From: a candidate division NPL-UPA2 bacterium Unc8
GTDB lineage: Bacteria > NPL-UPA2
Length of the DNA: 64,000 nt
Assembly (NCBI GenBank): GCA_003574845.1
Contig: NDHY01000003.1
Location: 646-64,645, forward strand
Direction of reading: 5' to 3'
Part shown: piece by piece, positions 39,594 to 49,682 of the stretch
Numbering within the stretch: position 1 is the stretch's first letter
Layout of the letters: each line of letters begins with the position of its first letter
The notes under the pieces: generated by a model
Database searches by the model: none
Seen by the model: the letters and a program-made list of their open reading frames with translations, nothing else
Told to the model about the DNA's origin: nothing
Position numbers and translations under genes: made by a program

Positions 39594-39994
39594 ATAACGG
39601 CCCTCCCTATATATCCTGAAGTCTGCCCAGAAACCAGTGTTCATTGCCCCTCCTGTCATTGCGAGGAACGAAGCAATCTCACCGTTCATCCTGTCAAATA
39701 TTAAGACCTGTATAATGTTTCAGAGCTGGTCAATCTCGTTAGACGTTTACTATCTAATGGGGTCAATTTGATGTTCGTGTTGTTTGAATTTTACATATTC
39801 TGATCACCAAGAGAAGTAAAACCGGAGATTTCATCAGCGATTGGGGCTTCTGGTGGAGCTTCCAGCCGGGCACTGGGTGGAGAATTGAGACCAACATCAG
39901 GCATTACCTATTTTCTCCCCATATTTTGTGCCCAGGATGCCCCAGGGTGCGTTTTAATAAGATGAGTGCATGTATAGTATGGCAAAAACAAGAC

Positions 39995-40024
39995 TTGACA
40001 AGGTAGGTGCACCTATGGTATAAC
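39995..40024 (+). promoter_or_regulatory. Sigma70 promoter containing a 12-bp palindrome
   Basis: TTGACA-18nt-TATAAC with extended TG; TAGGTGCACCTA at 40004-40015. Confidence 0.5.
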
Positions 40025-40582
40025 ACGATATGGGAGTGCGGATAACCCAATCCCCTCCCAATATTTAACGCAGTGGGGGTGCAGAACCGATTCTGCATCC
40101 CCACCACCCCACTATCAATAATCAATAAATTATTCCTCGTAACTTATAAAATACCTAATCTTTCTAAATAATCTATTGAATAACCTATCGTCACTGCTTC
40201 GTTTTCCTTGATTTTGAAGCCTCCGAGCCAATATCTCATTATCCGCATCCGCTTCCTTCTCGCCTGCCTCTCTGCCCACCGGGCACGCCAACCATTCATC
40301 ACAACCTAATTCTCCTCCAAAAAGCGCCACCATTCACCCTGCAAAATCTCGCCCTTTGAGACACTACCGCATATTCGGCACACCAACTCCTGGGTAGATT
40401 GCCACACATAACAAAAGCTACCAGCAGCACTGCATACAGGACATCTCGGCGCTTTAAGCCATTCCCATTTTAACTTCTTTAGCTTTCGTTATTGTAACGA
40501 ATTATGGCTGTTTTGCCAAGTTTTTCATTATAGTAACGTAATTATAGAGATTCTTTTTCAAGGTGCGGCGCTTCTTATTGGA

Positions 40583-41263
40583 TTATTCGTTTTTTCGGGT
40601 TTGGACTAAATTACAGTATTCGCAATCCTGACTTGATTCCGGCATTGGAGAGTACAATGAGAGAGCAGCATCTTTGACTATTTTCTTAGCTGATTCAACG
40701 TTGGTTTCTATTTTTATTGGTTCCACATGAAACTTAACTACGCCATCTTCCCTTACTTCCAGGGGCCAATAATATAACAGATAGGCAATATCCATAATTT
40801 CATATCCGCTGCCTTTCAGCATCAGACAATAACAGTCCAGTTGTGTCTGGTAATATTTCCTTGGGTCTCCTCTTAGCTCATACCCCCTTGTTTTGTAGTC
40901 CAGAGGAATGTGAAGATTATTTTCTATGAGGCAGTCGTCCAATGCGCCTGATAGGCAAACGGCAAGGGAGGTATCCTTATAGCATAAGTTGGTGTTTTTC
41001 CAGCTTCTCCACTTTTCCAGCATAGCAATATCAGGAAAAAGCTTTCCGGTCACCATACCTTCAATTTCAGGAGGCAATTCATTTTTCAGGCGGTAGCCGT
41101 CAAAATATTTTTTAATCACAGTATCCATCCCGCCAGGCAAAGACGGAAATATGCCGCGCGGTCTCCTTATGTCTCTGTTTTTCTCAAGCCAGAAACAACG
41201 CGGACAATCCAAAAAAATATTCAAACTGGAAGGAGATAAATTTATTTTATTGTTTCTTGACAT
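40583..41263 (-). CDS. PD-(D/E)XK nuclease, Cas4/AddB-like
   Basis: LSPSS..CPRC, LDD, DYKT, QLDCY, C-terminal CEYC. Confidence 0.82.
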   Translation of the reverse strand: MSRNNKINLSPSSLNIFLDCPRCFWLEKNRDIRRPRGIFPSLPGGMDTVIKKYFDGYRLKNELPPEIEGMVTGKLFPDIAMLEKWRSWKNTNLCYKDTSLAVCLSGALDDCLIENNLHIPLDYKTRGYELRGDPRKYYQTQLDCYCLMLKGSGYEIMDIAYLLYYWPLEVREDGVVKFHVEPIKIETNVESAKKIVKDAALSLYSPMPESSQDCEYCNLVQTRKNE

Positions 41264-42497
41264 TACCTGGTCCTTCAACATAATATTTTTTGCCTTTTAA
41301 TTTTTCGGGAAGATATTCTTCTTTTACCCGACCTCCCTTGAAATTATGGGGATATTTATACCCTTTACCATAACCCAGGTCTCTCATAAGGGAGGTCGGC
41401 GCATTGCGTAGATGGAGTGGAACCGGAAGAGCGCCATATTTTTTCACATCCTCCAGCGCCTTTTTATATGTGATAAGGGCAGAGTTACTTTTTGGGGCAT
41501 TTGCAAGATAGATTGCTGTTTGGGAAAGAGGTAAATAATCCTCAGGTCTTCCCACAAAGTGGACGGCATCCTTACAGGAAACTGCAAGAGTAAGCGCTTG
41601 GGGGTCGGCATTTCCCACATCCTCTGCGGCAAATATCACCATCCTCCTTACTATAAAAAGCGGGGACTCACCTGCTTCCAGCATCCTCGCGAGCCAATAT
41701 ACGGCAGCATCAGGGTCAGAACCCCTTAAGGATTTTATGAATGCGGATATAAGATTATAATGCTCCTCGCCTTTCTTGTCATAGATTAGGGGAAGTTCTT
41801 TTACAATTTCCTTTATTCTATTTAGCATTATCGTTCTTTTATCTCTTTTCTCTGCCGTAATGACTGCAAATTCCAGTATATTAAGAGCAACCCGTCCGTC
41901 ACCGCCTGAGATTTCTGCTATGTAATCTCTCACGTTTTCTGCAATGTCCGGATTCAATCCTCTTAATCCTCTTTCATCTGTAATGGCTCTGTCTATGATA
42001 ATTCTTATCTCTTCTTTTAAGAGTGGATAAAAAACATAAACAGTTGTGCGGGAAAGCAATGGGGAAATCACCTCAAATGAAGGATTTTCAGTAGTTACAC
42101 CTATAAGAATTATCGTCCCATCCTCAACATAGGGCAGGAATGCATCTTGCTGTGCCTTATTGAACCTGTGTATCTCGTCTATGAACAGAACGGTTCTATC
42201 TTTTGCTAAATTTGCTTCTGCTATTGCTCTCCTTACATCACTCACGCCAGATAGCACCGCACTGAATGAGGTGGATCTATATCCTTTTAGTGAAGACAGG
42301 AGTCTTGCAAGCGTAGTCTTGCCAGTTCCGGGAGGTCCCCAGAATATCATTGAGTGAAGCTCACCCTTCGCTACTGCCTCTTTTATTGGCCCTTTCCCTG
42401 AAAGAAGATGAGTCTGCCCCACAAACTCATCAAGAACCGCAGGCCTCATCCTCTCCGCAAGAGGCGGTCTTTTCTTTTCTGCAAACAAGTTTTGCAT
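41247..42497 (-). CDS. rarA: Replication-associated recombination protein A
   Basis: PLAERMRP, GPPGTGKT, DEIHRFNKAQQD, SAFIKS.RGSDPDAA, VPLHLRNAPT. Confidence 0.96.
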   Translation of the reverse strand: MQNLFAEKKRPPLAERMRPAVLDEFVGQTHLLSGKGPIKEAVAKGELHSMIFWGPPGTGKTTLARLLSSLKGYRSTSFSAVLSGVSDVRRAIAEANLAKDRTVLFIDEIHRFNKAQQDAFLPYVEDGTIILIGVTTENPSFEVISPLLSRTTVYVFYPLLKEEIRIIIDRAITDERGLRGLNPDIAENVRDYIAEISGGDGRVALNILEFAVITAEKRDKRTIMLNRIKEIVKELPLIYDKKGEEHYNLISAFIKSLRGSDPDAAVYWLARMLEAGESPLFIVRRMVIFAAEDVGNADPQALTLAVSCKDAVHFVGRPEDYLPLSQTAIYLANAPKSNSALITYKKALEDVKKYGALPVPLHLRNAPTSLMRDLGYGKGYKYPHNFKGGRVKEEYLPEKLKGKKYYVEGPGNVKKQ

Positions 42498-42512
42498 AAT
42501 TACAAGTTGATG

Positions 42513-42875
42513 TTATGCGGAATAAAGAAGTAGTGCCCCAATGGCTAATGGGATAAACCCGAGGAAACGCAAAGATAGGAGTGATTTTTTATTAAACCAG
42601 TTGAGCATAGATTCTATTTTTTCTCTAAAGGTAAAAATAGCAATGCCCGATGCAAGGGCTAAGATGCCTAATATAATTATAGCCACAGGTAATCTGCTCT
42701 GTGATGCAGCATATAAGAGCATCCCGCCAATTAAAAGCCTTAAAGCACCTATTGCGTAGAATCTTTTTCCCTGACCCGTAAAAGTCATAATCTGCTTCAA
42801 TACCATGGGGTTTAACAGGAAAATAATCCCCATGGCAATGGCAACTATACCGAAAACCCTAACTGCTATTACCAT
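42513..42875 (-). CDS. Small four-TM membrane protein
   Basis: Four hydrophobic helices. Confidence 0.6.
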   Translation of the reverse strand: MVIAVRVFGIVAIAMGIIFLLNPMVLKQIMTFTGQGKRFYAIGALRLLIGGMLLYAASQSRLPVAIIILGILALASGIAIFTFREKIESMLNWFNKKSLLSLRFLGFIPLAIGALLLYSA

Positions 42876-42891
42876 AATTTACTTCCCCCTT

Positions 42892-43389
42892 TTATGTTAC
42901 TCTGACGCCAATAATAATGAGCATAATTATTGCGACCACTACCTTGGCTGCAATCGCCCCGAATCTTCCAATAATGCCTCCAGCACCAGCCTTAAGAGAT
43001 TTTACAAGGTCTCTCTTGGTAATAATCTCTGATAGAAATATTCCCAGAAAAATGCCGAGAAATGTGCCCAGAATTATACCTATTCCTAAAAAAGCCGTTC
43101 CGAGCATTGCCCCAATAACGCCTCCGATAAGGGCACCAAGAGCGGCTTTATTAGAACCACCAAATTTTTTAGTACTAATGACAACCATAACATATTCAAG
43201 CACCTCTCCGCACAGGCAAAGAAGCAAGAGGATAATAAGATGTCTTACCGTAATAATATCAAAGCCGGTCAAAATTGCATATATAATAGAGCCTGCAAGA
43301 ATAATGAAAGTTCCGATTGGGGTAAAGAAAATACCTGCGAATCCCGCCAGGCTGAATATTATTAAAATTATTAACGCTACTACCTCCAC
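42892..43389 (-). CDS. DUF456-like membrane protein
   Basis: KKFGGS..A..GA.IG Gly-rich TM pattern. Confidence 0.7.
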   Translation of the reverse strand: MEVVALIILIIFSLAGFAGIFFTPIGTFIILAGSIIYAILTGFDIITVRHLIILLLLCLCGEVLEYVMVVISTKKFGGSNKAALGALIGGVIGAMLGTAFLGIGIILGTFLGIFLGIFLSEIITKRDLVKSLKAGAGGIIGRFGAIAAKVVVAIIMLIIIGVRVT

Positions 43390-43670
43390 GCTATTTCCAC
43401 CTTAATTTTTTCATTAGCATCAAATATTACTTTGCCTTTTTGAAAAGCAATTTTTTCTCTTAACCTTTGGGGAGATCCCCATTTTTCCCTCCTTCCTCAA
43501 ATGCCTGTTTGTGATATGCTACATTAATTATGAATAAATTGCAAAAAATCCTTGCAAGAGTAAGGCATCTATGATTAAATTGCAGAAGCATAAACCCCAT
43601 TAGAGATTTATCTCCAATAGGGTAAAGTGAATTTTAATTTTAGAGGTGATAGGTAAAAGGAGGAATGTAG

Positions 43671-44078
43671 ATGAAGTGGTTAAAAGTTATAGGAATTGTA
43701 TCGGCAGCTGGGATGATGGTTATTATCGTTTCAGGATGCCCTCTGCGGAGACGCCCTGAGCCCGTAGTTGAGGAAGTTATAGAGGAAAAAGTTATAAAAA
43801 AAATTGATATTGTATGCCCACATTGTGGCGAGCCTTTTGTATACCTATATGAGCCTGACCCGGTTGCCGAGGTAGCTGAGGAAGTTGTAGAAGAAATAGT
43901 AATGCCAGAGGTTTATGTTCGCTACACGGTGAGGAGGGGCGATAGTCTCTGGAGCATCGCAAACTCTTTTTATGGCGAGCCTCTCCGGTGGGAAGAGATT
44001 TGGAGGGTTAATCGCGACCAGCTTCCTGCTCCTGACACATTGAAGGTAGGAATGGTCTTGATTATTCCCAAGGATTAA
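43671..44078 (+). CDS. LysM-domain lipoprotein
   Basis: Lipobox VSGC, CPHC, LysM motif YTVRRGDSLWSIA..FYG...W..I..N. Confidence 0.85.
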   Translation: MKWLKVIGIVSAAGMMVIIVSGCPLRRRPEPVVEEVIEEKVIKKIDIVCPHCGEPFVYLYEPDPVAEVAEEVVEEIVMPEVYVRYTVRRGDSLWSIANSFYGEPLRWEEIWRVNRDQLPAPDTLKVGMVLIIPKD

Positions 44079-44092
44079 ACCATGATTAAACC

Positions 44093-44944
44093 ATGAATGA
44101 AATAGCTATTAAAACAAATAATTTGACCAAAGTATATAAAAATTTCTGGGGACGTCCGCGAGTGCGTGCCCTCAATAGGCTTAACCTTGAAATCCATCGC
44201 GGAGAAATATTTGGACTTCTGGGTCCCAATGGTTCCGGAAAAACAACGGCAGTGAAATTACTGCTCGGACTTCTTTTCCCTACTTACGGTAACTCCCGGG
44301 TTCTGGGTGCGCCTGCCGGTGACGTACGCACATACCAAAAAATAGGGTTTCTTCCTGAAGAATCCTATTTCTATCGTTTCCTTAATGCCGAGGAAATCCT
44401 TGATTTTTATGGTCGGCTGTTTGGAATCCCCAAAAAGGAGCGTCTAAAAAAAAGTGAGGAACTGATTAACCTTACCGGGCTCGCAGACGCAAAAAAAAGG
44501 AGACTTGGGGAGTACTCAAAGGGTATGGCAAGAAGAATCGGACTTGCCCAAGCTCTCATCAATGACCCGGAATTGATTTTTCTTGATGAGCCAACCAGCG
44601 GTATGGACCCTATTGGTTGTCGCGAGATAAAAGACATTGTCCTTGACTTTAAACGTCGCGGTAAAACGACTCTTCTTTGCTCCCACCTACTGGCTGACGT
44701 AGAGGATGTATGCGATAGAGTCGCCATTCTCCACAAGGGAAACTTGATCAAAATGGGGGCAGTGAATGACCTTCTCACCATTAAAGATATTATTCAATTT
44801 AGCATAAAAACCCCATCCGAGGAAGCCTTAAGCAGGATAAAAACTGTTTTGAATAAAGAGAGCGAGGTGGTTGAAATAAATCATCCGGCGGAAACGATGG
44901 AAGAGCTTTTCCTGGAAACGATTAAAGAGGCAGATAAGAATTGA
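44093..44944 (+). CDS. ABC transporter ATP-binding protein
   Basis: [20 protein letters not shown]. Confidence 0.92.
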   Translation: MNEIAIKTNNLTKVYKNFWGRPRVRALNRLNLEIHRGEIFGLLGPNGSGKTTAVKLLLGLLFPTYGNSRVLGAPAGDVRTYQKIGFLPEESYFYRFLNAEEILDFYGRLFGIPKKERLKKSEELINLTGLADAKKRRLGEYSKGMARRIGLAQALINDPELIFLDEPTSGMDPIGCREIKDIVLDFKRRGKTTLLCSHLLADVEDVCDRVAILHKGNLIKMGAVNDLLTIKDIIQFSIKTPSEEALSRIKTVLNKESEVVEINHPAETMEELFLETIKEADKN

Positions 44945-45735
44945 GAATCATCGGTATTGCTAAATATACTTTCAAAGAAGCTTCCAGAAAAAAGATTTTC
45001 TTCGTTGTTGGACTCTTTTTCTTGATTTTAATGGTCTGCTCGCAATTCATGGAGGTCATCAGCCCGGAGGATCGCATTAAGCTTATGGTGCGGCTCTCAA
45101 TTGCAGGAATGACCCTTTTTGGACTCATATCAGCTGTCTTTCTTGCCGCTACCTCGCTTCCCAAGGAAGTAGAAAATAAGCAGATTTATACCACAATGAC
45201 AAAACCACTCAGCCGCTGGGGATTTCTTCTCGGGAAAGCAATGGGAGTCATCTCTGTTATTGCCCTGCTGCTATTTATAATGGCTGGGCTTTGCATGATT
45301 TTTGCCTATTTTGTTGAAGGGAGTATTGGTTTAAACTTCTTCAAGGCAGTCATGATGCTTTTCTTTAAACTCACCTTAATGGTTTTTATAACCGTAATGG
45401 GAACTACCTTTTTATCTTTTTCGGTGAGCGCCATTTTATCTCTCTTCATATTCTTTGTTGGTCACATGACTGAACTGTTAGAGGATATAGTCAAGCTTAT
45501 AGCTCTTAGAGGGGAGGAAATTCCAGGCTTATGGGAAAGGATGGTCCGGGCTTCTATAGAATTATTTGCCAGAGCCTTTCCCGACTTTCGAGTATTTAGC
45601 GCTTCTGACTTTGTCATTAATCAGATAGCCATCCCTTTTTTATATATGAGGAATGCATTTTTTTACGCCCTTATTTATATTTTGATTAGCTTTGCAATTG
45701 CCTCTCTCGTTTTTAAACACAGACAATTTACTTAA
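44941..45735 (+). CDS. ABC-2 type permease
   Basis: [20 protein letters not shown], multiple TMs. Confidence 0.85.
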   Translation: MRIIGIAKYTFKEASRKKIFFVVGLFFLILMVCSQFMEVISPEDRIKLMVRLSIAGMTLFGLISAVFLAATSLPKEVENKQIYTTMTKPLSRWGFLLGKAMGVISVIALLLFIMAGLCMIFAYFVEGSIGLNFFKAVMMLFFKLTLMVFITVMGTTFLSFSVSAILSLFIFFVGHMTELLEDIVKLIALRGEEIPGLWERMVRASIELFARAFPDFRVFSASDFVINQIAIPFLYMRNAFFYALIYILISFAIASLVFKHRQFT

Positions 45736-45739
45736 TATT

Positions 45740-46534
45740 ATGAAGAAAATGGCATTTTATCTTTTGTTTATTATTCTCTTTGCTTCCCTCATTCCTTTAC
45801 AGGAAAGAATAAATCGGCTGCGAGAAGAAGAAAAACTTATTGAAGTTGAAATATTTGAAGCGACAACGCCCAGCGATGTCTGGGGAACTTTGCTTTTAGG
45901 TGGTTTTCGTGGAATTGCCGTAAACATCCTCTGGGTAAGAGCAATGAGGCTTCAATGGATAGAGGAAGATTTTTTGGAGCTGGTAGCTCTTTATGGGATA
46001 ATACAGGCTCTTCAGCCGCGCTTTGCTCTCATATGGTCATTTAGTTCCTGGAATATGGCATATAATATTGCCGGCCAGGTGGACACGGAAGAGGAAAAAT
46101 GGAAATGGATTCAAGCAGGCGTCTCTGACCTGGAAAAAGGAATTAAAAGGAATCCAGGAAATTTCCGTCTCCTACTTGAACTGGGCTGGTTCTATTTTGA
46201 TCGCATGGGTGGAGAGGCAGTCCGGCGTCCTGATGCTCCTTTTCACAGGAGGCAGCTTCAGAAAAAAGGAAGAGACCATCTTTACATGGCTCTTTACTGG
46301 TTTGAAAGAGCAGCCAAAGTAGAGAAGGATACTATTATTGCGGGTAGAGCAGTTGCTCAAGTCTTTGAAAGATTAGCAACTCGGGCAGAAAAAGAAGGTC
46401 AACTTGAGAAAAAAGTTTTTTACCAGAAGAAAACATTGGAACGGTGGAGGCGCAATTTAGAAATAGACCCGGACGATGCGGCATCGCAGCGGCACTACCA
46501 GCGCTGGAGAGAAAAGATTTATATGGAAAGATAA
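45740..46534 (+). CDS. Membrane-anchored TPR-like protein
   Basis: N-terminal TM, LGGFRGIAVNILWVRA, helical repeats. Confidence 0.7.
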   Translation: MKKMAFYLLFIILFASLIPLQERINRLREEEKLIEVEIFEATTPSDVWGTLLLGGFRGIAVNILWVRAMRLQWIEEDFLELVALYGIIQALQPRFALIWSFSSWNMAYNIAGQVDTEEEKWKWIQAGVSDLEKGIKRNPGNFRLLLELGWFYFDRMGGEAVRRPDAPFHRRQLQKKGRDHLYMALYWFERAAKVEKDTIIAGRAVAQVFERLATRAEKEGQLEKKVFYQKKTLERWRRNLEIDPDDAASQRHYQRWREKIYMER

Positions 46535-47292
46535 TGAAGATTCTTGCTCTTATTGGAAATACCTACAAGGAGTCTGTCAGGCAGCCAGTCTTCTTTGTGC
46601 TTCTCATCGGTGGCGCTATTTTAATCTATACATCGCCATTTTATACTCTCTTTGCCTTCGGAGGAGAGACAAAGATGATAAAAGATATGGCATTTGCAAC
46701 TATCACTGTTTGCAGTTTATTGCTTGCTCTCCTCAGTGCTTCTACCGTCGTAGTCGATGAGATTGAGAGCAAGAGATTACTTACCCTTATTTCTAAACCA
46801 CTAACAAGAAGTGAGTTTATTTTCGGTAAGTTCATAGGCATTATCTTCAGTGTTTTTATGGCAATGGCTATCCTTACCCTAATTTTCGTTCTTACCCTAT
46901 GGCAGATAGGAGAATTAGAGCCGATGATTTTTAGAGGTATGATTTTAATCTATACGAAGGTAGCGTTACTGACCGCTATTTCAGTAGCCATATCTACGCG
47001 GATGCCAGTGATAGTAAATATAGTAATTTGCATTCTCCTGTTTATATTGGGATACCTTAACAACTATTTTTTTGGTTTCTTTGAGGGAAGAACTTTTTTT
47101 GTCCATTCCCTCGGACGAGTATTTTTCACAATCATTCCTAATCTGGAAAACTTTAATGTCGCTGCGGCGATTGCCGTTGGAACGCCTGTCTCTATCAGGT
47201 ATTTACTCTCAACCATTCTTTACGGCATTGTTTACATGGTCATTGCGCTCTTGATAGCAATAACCCTTTTTCAAAAAAGAGAAGTTGCATGA
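46534..47292 (+). CDS. ABC-2 type permease
   Basis: NTYKESVRQP, DEIE.K....LISKP..R..F..GKF. Confidence 0.85.
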   Translation: MKILALIGNTYKESVRQPVFFVLLIGGAILIYTSPFYTLFAFGGETKMIKDMAFATITVCSLLLALLSASTVVVDEIESKRLLTLISKPLTRSEFIFGKFIGIIFSVFMAMAILTLIFVLTLWQIGELEPMIFRGMILIYTKVALLTAISVAISTRMPVIVNIVICILLFILGYLNNYFFGFFEGRTFFVHSLGRVFFTIIPNLENFNVAAAIAVGTPVSIRYLLSTILYGIVYMVIALLIAITLFQKREVA

Positions 47293-47876
47293 CTCCGATG
47301 TCTCTCGTTTTACTAAAAAATACTATCTTCGCCTTTACAGATATTGAAACTACAGGGCTTGACCCCTTTCGTGGCGATAAGATATGTGAAATAGCTGTCC
47401 TGAGGAGCCGATACAAACAGAAAATCGCTTCTTTTCATAGTCTAATTGACCCTGGTCGCAATATTTCTCCTGCAGCATATGCAGTAAATGGTATAACCGA
47501 GGAGATGCTTATCGGTAAGCCAAAGTTTGCCGAGGTAGCAACTGAAATACTGGACGTTCTTCATAAAGCAGTTATTGTCTGTCATAATGCTCCATTTGAC
47601 ATAGGATTTCTTGAATCCGAGATTAACTTGATGGGACTTACCATTCCTGAGTTTCCAGTAATTGATACATTAATTATCTCTCGACGCTACTTTAATTTCC
47701 AAGGTAATAACTTGAATAGCGTAGCAAGGTGCCTGGGGGTTAAGATTGACCAGCAGCATCGGGCAATGAGCGATGTCATTACAACCGAGAAGATTTTCTG
47801 GGAGCTTATTAAGGACCTCCAGCGGAGGGGAGGAGTAAATACACTTGCTGATGTGTTTTCTCTTTGCAAGAAGTAA
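47289..47876 (+). CDS. DEDDh 3'-5' exonuclease (DnaQ-like)
   Basis: DIETTG, HNAPFD, HRAMSD. Confidence 0.9.
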   Translation: MTPMSLVLLKNTIFAFTDIETTGLDPFRGDKICEIAVLRSRYKQKIASFHSLIDPGRNISPAAYAVNGITEEMLIGKPKFAEVATEILDVLHKAVIVCHNAPFDIGFLESEINLMGLTIPEFPVIDTLIISRRYFNFQGNNLNSVARCLGVKIDQQHRAMSDVITTEKIFWELIKDLQRRGGVNTLADVFSLCKK

Positions 47877-47975
47877 GATTATAGCAGTTTTATTACTTAA
47901 AGTAAAATATGAGCAAGGTGGTGCTATTATGTTGGATTTCATTAACATAGCCATTAGAAGTATTTAAAGGAGGGT

Positions 47976-49663
47976 ATGATGTCCAGTAGAACTCAAACGC
48001 TTATGGTGAACACCCCTATAAAAGCCCAGCAGGTTGCACTCAAGGAGCTGAGTGAAGATGCAAGAGCCAGGAGACCTGGATTGAAATGGTCTCTGGACCT
48101 GGAAAGAGCAAGATTGTTAACAGAATCCTACAAGCAAACCGAAGGGGAGCCGATGGCTCTGAGGAGAGCAAAGGCCCTGGCGCATATCCTGGCAAATATG
48201 ACCGTATATATTCGGCAGGGGGAGATGATTGTGGATAACTATGCATCTAATTCGGACTCTGTTCCTATCTATCCTGAGCTTGCCTGGAGATGGATAGTAA
48301 GAGAGACGGCGCCTGGAGCGGCTTATGACAGTCTGTTGACCGACGAAGGCAGGGAGGAAATGAAACGAGTTATATAGTCCTGGACGCTACGAAAAGCGTG
48401 AGAGCTATAATTCCTCCTCTCGCATTAAGATGGCACGATGGAATGCCCAGGAAGTTAATTAATAAAGCTATTGAAGTGTTGGCTTCAGGAATGCCTCAGC
48501 CTGCTATCTTCAATGACAAAGTAAATATATTAAGACTGGTCAGCCTCGGCTGCCCCATCAAAGATGCCAATAACTATTCCATCAACAATTGCATGGTGCC
48601 AACTATCCCGGGGAAGAACTTCAATCATAAATCAGATTGGGCTACCGGCATACCTGTTCCTCTGTGCTTGAATTATGCCCTGGGAATAAGTCCTCTGGCG
48701 CTAATAAAGAGGGGAGGCGATAAGACAATAGACCCGGCAACACTAAGCTCAGTAGATGAATTGCTTGATGTCACGGTGGAAAACTGCAAATGGCTTGCGC
48801 ATCAGCTAACTCTCATAGCGAACATCGCTGATGCTATTTACCAGGAATATGCGCCAAGGCCATTTTTATCAGCCGTGATTGATGACTGTATTGAGAGAGC
48901 TCAGGATGTCAGGGATTGGAACTACACGCCAGATTACAGAGACATTGTGTTTTTGGGTCTTAACAACGGCGCCGATTCCCTGGCAGCCATAAAGAAGCTG
49001 GTATTTGATGAAAAGAAGATATCTATGGAGAAACTGGTCAAGGCTTTGAAAAGCAATTGGCATGGATATGAAGACCTCCAACAGATGTGTCTTGGAGCTC
49101 CCAAGTTTGGCAACGATGACGATTATGTTGATTCAATATCGCGCGAGCTTGGAAGAAGAATCTCTGAAGAGACCATGAAATGCAAAACGAACCGGGGAAC
49201 TCCTGTTACTGTGGACGGCACAACAGCAACAGGCTGGTGGAGCTTGGGGCGTCTTTGCGCAGCTACAGCAGATGGCAGAAGAGCGGGTGAAGCCCTCCAT
49301 GACTGGTCAATTTCACCGATGGCTGGCAGGGACAAAAGAGGGCCTACAGCAGTGCTGAAATCAGTTTCAAAGGTTGACCCACTGATGACCTGGAATCACC
49401 TGTTGAATCAGAGCTTCATGCCCCAATATCTCCTCGGTCATAATGCCGAGCTGTTTGCCCAATATCTGAAGACCTTCGGCGACTTAGGTATTCACCATAT
49501 TCAGTTCACTACAGTTGACAGGGAGACGCTAAAAGATGCCCGGTCCCATCCGGAGAAACATTCCAGCTTGATGGTGAGGGTTGCCGGGTTTTCTGCTTAC
49601 TTCATAGACCTCGACAAGAACTTACAGGATTCAATTATTGCCAGAACTCCCCAGTGTTTCTGA
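47976..49663 (+). pseudogene. Glycyl radical enzyme with a large internal deletion and frameshift
   Basis: N-fragment ERARLLTESYKQTEGEP..LRRAKA (47976-48377); C-fragment with NNCMVP, PKFGNDD, VRVAGFSAYF. About 555 aa in total versus about 800 typical. Confidence 0.85.
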
Positions 49664-49682
49664 CTTCCTGAAAGAGAAGGGT

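Noticed and set aside
39904..40333. 73-aa and 67-aa minus-strand ORFs
   Set aside because: No RBS or motif was recognised; the first overlaps the promoter and hairpins, and both lie in a degraded region
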